DNA of 64,000 nucleotides from an uncultured Pelagibacteraceae bacterium (GTDB lineage: Bacteria; Pseudomonadota; Alphaproteobacteria; Pelagibacterales; AG-422-B15), in the NCBI GenBank assembly GCA_902524795.1, contig CABZEU010000003.1:4730-68729 (forward strand), written 5' to 3'. The notes beneath the pieces are model-generated. The model had not been told where the DNA came from. It made no database searches and saw only the letters and a list, made by a program, of their open reading frames with translations. Each line of letters starts with the position of its first letter. Position 1 is the first letter of the stretch. Below are positions 60,250-64,000 of this stretch, piece after piece. Made by a program: the position numbers and the translations under genes.

Positions 60250-61551
60250 ATGCTTAGAGAAAATATCCAAGAGTACTCAGTTTCAGAAATTTCAGACTCT
60301 ATCAAGGGAACTCTTGAAAACAGTTTTGGCTACGTAAAAGTTAGAGGGGAAGTCTCGGGTTTAAGTAAGCCGGCGTCAGGCCACATATATTTAAACTTAA
60401 AAGATGATAAGGCCGTTATAAAAGCAATAATTTGGCGAAGTGCAGCAGCAAGAATTAGTTTTGTGCCCGAAGATGGATTAGAAGTTATTTGTTCAGGTAA
60501 GCTCACAACAGGATATTCTGATCGATACCCGGGAAGATCAGATTATTCAATTATAGTTGATTCAATAGCTCCTGCAGGAGAGGGAGCTTTAATGGCTCTT
60601 TTAGAGCAACGTAAGAAAAAGCTTGCAGCAGAGGGTTTATTTGAGGAGCAAAATAAGAAAAGTCTACCAAAGTATCCTGAAACGATTGGCATAGTCACAT
60701 CTCCAACAGGTGCAGTTATAAAAGATATACTTCATAGATTAGATGAGAGGTTTCCTTGTAATGTCGTTCTATGGCCTGTTCCAGTTCAGGGCCAAGATGC
60801 TGCTCAATTAATTTCTGATGCAGTAGATGGATTTAATAATTTATCGAGTAAAGACGAAGTAAATATACCAGAACTTATTATCATAGCACGTGGTGGGGGC
60901 AGTATAGAAGACCTTTGGCCTTTCAATGAGGAAATTTTAATCAGATCTGTCTTTAAAAGTAATATTCCTATTGTATCTGCAATTGGTCATGAGACAGATA
61001 CCACACTAATTGATTATGTTTCTGACTTAAGAGCTCCAACGCCTACGGCTGCAGCAGAAATTTCTACCCCAGATAAAGAAGAGCTTTTGAGAGACATCAA
61101 CGAAAAACATAATCGTTTAAATTATTCAATAAATCTATACCTTGATAACCTTAAAGATAATTTCATTTCAATAAAAGATAAATTGCCTGTTTCACTAAAA
61201 CTTTTTCTAAATAACCTTACTTCTTATTTTCAAAATATTTCTCAATTACTTAATTTTAGTGTTCTCGGTGAGCAATTAAAGAGTAGTAAAGTGGAACTTA
61301 TTTCTTTAGAGGAGTCTTTGTTAAAGGCTAAAAATATTTTGGTAGAGAGACTTCAAAAAGAATTAGACCATAAAAGTATGCTTCTTGAAAGCCTCAGTTA
61401 TAAATCTGTTTTAAAAAGAGGATACTCAGTTACAAGAAGTTCAAACAAAATAATCAAATCAAAAAAAGATTTAAAAGATGAAAGTGAGTTGATCATAGAA
61501 ACTAATTTTGCTACTTTAAAAGCCAAACTTAGAGAAATTAATGACAAATAG
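60250..61551 (+). CDS. xseA: Exodeoxyribonuclease VII large subunit
   Basis: VRGEVSGLSKPASGHIYLNLKD OB-fold, ARGGGSIEDLWPFNEE and GHETDTTLIDYVSDLRAPTPTAAAE. Confidence 0.9.
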   Translation: MLRENIQEYSVSEISDSIKGTLENSFGYVKVRGEVSGLSKPASGHIYLNLKDDKAVIKAIIWRSAAARISFVPEDGLEVICSGKLTTGYSDRYPGRSDYSIIVDSIAPAGEGALMALLEQRKKKLAAEGLFEEQNKKSLPKYPETIGIVTSPTGAVIKDILHRLDERFPCNVVLWPVPVQGQDAAQLISDAVDGFNNLSSKDEVNIPELIIIARGGGSIEDLWPFNEEILIRSVFKSNIPIVSAIGHETDTTLIDYVSDLRAPTPTAAAEISTPDKEELLRDINEKHNRLNYSINLYLDNLKDNFISIKDKLPVSLKLFLNNLTSYFQNISQLLNFSVLGEQLKSSKVELISLEESLLKAKNILVERLQKELDHKSMLLESLSYKSVLKRGYSVTRSSNKIIKSKKDLKDESELIIETNFATLKAKLREINDK

Positions 61552-61753
61552 TTTTACTACGAAGGCAGAAATAAGATTGCATCATGGCCAGTTTCAAATA
61601 ACAAAGTCTGGGGATTATGTAGAATGCTCAATCACAAAAGAAAAGATCTCACTAGATAATTTGAAGTATTGGAATGTTGATTTGCAGGAAATATATGCAA
61701 ATCCAGAAGTTGCACTGAGGAGATATAAAGAAATAAATGAAAATAAAGATTAA
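61541..61753 (+). CDS. Small conserved hypothetical protein (DUF2093-like by size and position)
   Basis: 70 aa ORF overlapping xseA by 11 nt and the M23 gene by 17 nt. The assignment is tentative. Confidence 0.45.
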   Translation: MTNSFTTKAEIRLHHGQFQITKSGDYVECSITKEKISLDNLKYWNVDLQEIYANPEVALRRYKEINENKD

Positions 61754-62537
61754 ATTAATAGCAATCTTTTTTTTTATTTTTCAACCAGCCATAGCAGCTG
61801 ATTTACCAAAAGAAATACCTCAAGGAAGTCTGATTGTTGGCCAGTCATCCGATGCAGATGAAATTATAGTAGATAATAATTCTATAAAAGTTAGCAAAAA
61901 AGGTCACTTTGTATTTGCAGTCGGAAGAGACCATGTGGAGCCAATAAGTGTGACATATTTAAAAAATGGATCATTAATAAAAATTCATCAAATAAATATA
62001 ATCGAACAAGACTACGACATACAAAGGATTGATGGCTTACCAGAACAAATGGTTACACCACTTGATGATGAAATAATAGAGAGAATAATCAGTGAAAACG
62101 ATTTGATAAAAGAGAAGAAAAAAATAAATTTAGATCTAACTTATTTTAAAGATGGTTTTATTCAACCAACAGAAGGTATTGTCAGCGGCGTTTTCGGTAG
62201 TCAAAGAATATTAAATGGAAAAGCTAAAAGTCCCCATCGAGGTTTAGATATTGCAGCTGAAACTGGAACCCCAATTTATGCATGTAACGAAGGACTTGTC
62301 ATACATGCCGAGGATGATCTTTATTACACAGGTGGAACTATAATTCTTGATCATGGGCATGGAGTAAAATCAATTTATGCTCATTTATCTGATGTGAAAG
62401 TAACCGAAAATCAAACGGTATCAAAGGATGATGTTATTGGTGAAGTAGGTTCTACAGGACGATCAACCGGCCCTCACCTTCACTGGGGAGTAATGGTGTT
62501 TAATACCTATGTAGACCCACAATTGCTTTTAGATTAA
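61737..62537 (+). CDS. M23 family (LytM-type) metallopeptidase
   Basis: Signal peptide. HRGLDIAAETGTPIYA and GPHLHWGV zinc-binding motifs. Confidence 0.85.
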   Translation: MKIKIKLIAIFFFIFQPAIAADLPKEIPQGSLIVGQSSDADEIIVDNNSIKVSKKGHFVFAVGRDHVEPISVTYLKNGSLIKIHQINIIEQDYDIQRIDGLPEQMVTPLDDEIIERIISENDLIKEKKKINLDLTYFKDGFIQPTEGIVSGVFGSQRILNGKAKSPHRGLDIAAETGTPIYACNEGLVIHAEDDLYYTGGTIILDHGHGVKSIYAHLSDVKVTENQTVSKDDVIGEVGSTGRSTGPHLHWGVMVFNTYVDPQLLLD

Positions 62538-62559
62538 TTTTTTTCAAAAAAAAATAGAC

Positions 62560-63435
62560 TTATATTTTCCATCTATTGTGAAACCAAAAGTATTGTTCAG
62601 GATACTTAGTAATCATTTTTTGATAAAATGAGGATATTTGATCTGAAATTTTATCAATGTTTTCTTCACTACTTTCTTTATCTTTTGTATCAATGCACTC
62701 AACAACCTCAAATTTAAAATTATTATCATTTGTTCGTATTGGCCAGGCTAAAAATATTTTACATTTTGCTTTTAAAGCAATTTGAGCAGGAAGTGTTGAT
62801 ATATTCATTTCCTTATTAAAAAATTTAACCTTTGTTCCTGAAGACAATTGTTGATCTGCCAATAGGGCAATAGAACTTCCTTTATTGAATTGATTTAATA
62901 GCTGTTTAGTCCCCGATCTGTTTTTACTATAACATTGTACGCTATATTTGCGTCTTAGTTGTTTTACGACAAAATTTATTAGAGGATTATTTGGTTCTCT
63001 AACTATCGCTGAGACCCTATTCATCTTACTACGAAGCGCCATTCCAGGTATTTCCCAATTTGAACTATGGCCTGAAACAATTACACTATTTTCATTTTCA
63101 TCAAATACATCATCTGAAAATTCATTATTAATAACTTCAATCTCACTCTCGAGTATACTGTTCATATGAGCATATTCTGAGATTGTATAGCCAAGATTTT
63201 TCCAAACTCTATTAGCTATATCATCAATCCATTTTTTATCTTTATTTTGAAATGCAATAGATAAATTACTTATTAAAAGTTTATGTATTGGAAGAAATGG
63301 TCCAACAGAAGTAGTAATCAATATTCCAAGAGTACGCGATATTCTAAGAGGTAGAATTTTAAAGACCGTAAAGAAGATAATAAAAAATAAAAACTCCAGT
63401 GGGTACTTTACCAAGATCTTGAATAATGATTTCAT
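62560..63435 (-). CDS. Lipid A biosynthesis (lauroyl/myristoyl) acyltransferase family protein
   Basis: N-terminal TM segment. HSSNWE (HX4E/D acyltransferase motif). 291 aa. Lies next to lpxK. Confidence 0.75.
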   Translation of the reverse strand: MKSLFKILVKYPLEFLFFIIFFTVFKILPLRISRTLGILITTSVGPFLPIHKLLISNLSIAFQNKDKKWIDDIANRVWKNLGYTISEYAHMNSILESEIEVINNEFSDDVFDENENSVIVSGHSSNWEIPGMALRSKMNRVSAIVREPNNPLINFVVKQLRRKYSVQCYSKNRSGTKQLLNQFNKGSSIALLADQQLSSGTKVKFFNKEMNISTLPAQIALKAKCKIFLAWPIRTNDNNFKFEVVECIDTKDKESSEENIDKISDQISSFYQKMITKYPEQYFWFHNRWKI

Positions 63436-63439
63436 TATT

Positions 63440-64000
63440 TTAATTAATTAATTTTCTTATTAGTTTTTCAATATTCGGTATTTCAAGCTTAATCTTGAAA
63501 CAATCAATATTATTCCTATAATCTTCGGGAATGCGAACATAGTCCTTCTCTGTCGTGATAAGTGATAAATTTTCTATCTTTGCCTTATCTAATAAGCTTT
63601 CTAAATCTTTTCTAGTGAACTGATAATGATCGGGAAAACTTTTCTTTTTTTTAACGTCATATCCTTTGTTCATCAAGGTATCAAAGAAGCCATCATTATT
63701 TCCAATGCCGCTAAATGCGAAATAACGTTTCTTATCTAATACATCTACGACTTTAATATTAGCATTGTAAAATTCTAGGTTATCATAATCATATTTCTTT
63801 GTAATATGATGTAGGTCATCTCCAATAATGACTACAAATTGTGCAGATTTTAGAGCAGGTCTTATAAGCTCCCTCAGTGGTCCTGCAGGTAAGCACATTT
63901 TATTTCCAAAACCTCTCTTGCCATTAACTGTTAGTAAACTTTTATCTTTATGAAATGATCGATCTTGAAATCCATCATCCAACAATAAGATGTCTGTTTG
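63440..64000 (-). CDS. lpxK: Tetraacyldisaccharide 4'-kinase, N-terminus beyond window end
   Basis: The frame is open to nt 64000 (QTDILLLDDGFQD is the LpxK motif). The C-terminal part has FPDHYQFT and TTEKDYVR. Confidence 0.85.
   Translation of the reverse strand, partial: QTDILLLDDGFQDRSFHKDKSLLTVNGKRGFGNKMCLPAGPLRELIRPALKSAQFVVIIGDDLHHITKKYDYDNLEFYNANIKVVDVLDKKRYFAFSGIGNNDGFFDTLMNKGYDVKKKKSFPDHYQFTRKDLESLLDKAKIENLSLITTEKDYVRIPEDYRNNIDCFKIKLEIPNIEKLIRKLIN

Noticed and set aside
62538-62559. T7-C-A9 palindromic tract between the M23 gene and the lpxL-like gene
   Set aside because: It is a pure A/T homopolymer pair with negligible stem stability. It is low-complexity spacer rather than a terminator.

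Overview
Strongly AT-rich, very gene-dense chromosomal segment of about 70 genes. Most neighbouring genes are under 20 nt apart, abut, or overlap by 1-17 nt, and several convergent pairs overlap at their stop codons. I saw no rRNA, CRISPR array, transposase, integrase or phage genes. Gene content and synteny point to a streamlined marine alphaproteobacterium, plausibly Pelagibacterales (SAR11)-like; this is inference only. The supporting synteny is murA-DUF2948-hisD-infA-maf, hisS-hisZ-hisG, HAD-IIA-ribF-ileS-lspA, purD/xseA, and a tRNA-His without G-1. Blocks in order: (1) 1-5504: the 3' end of a giant cadherin/Ig-repeat surface protein, then three tightly coupled membrane-fusion-protein (HlyD-like) genes. 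The last is fused to a polytopic M50 zinc protease, and no ATPase or outer-membrane partner is in the window. This is the best candidate for an uncharacterised envelope system. (2) 5501-16501: complete urease cluster ureDABCEFG, divergent from the urea ABC transporter urtABCDE. (3) 16.5-27 kb housekeeping and scavenging genes: ptrB, a tRNA-Thr hidden under an over-extended ORF, sucCD, a secreted nuclease with ggt, typA, an ABC-2 exporter and a beta-carbonic anhydrase. (4) 27-33 kb accessory-looking catabolic genes: a DUF3604 gene broken by a 1-nt homopolymer frameshift, then a Rieske oxygenase, an M20 amidohydrolase and an M24 hydrolase. (5) 33-42.7 kb: dcd, murA, hisD, infA, maf, tRNA-Phe, tRNA-His, an MFS transporter, a His-codon-rich mini-ORF, and hisS-hisZ-hisG. 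(6) groESL with a sigma-32-like promoter, then ribF-ileS-lspA, an SbmA/BacA-like transporter, RNA-modification genes, separately encoded ACAD10/11-type dehydrogenase and kinase genes, purD, xseA, an M23 peptidase, lpxL-like and lpxK. All homology calls come from motif recognition by eye; no searches or computations were run.
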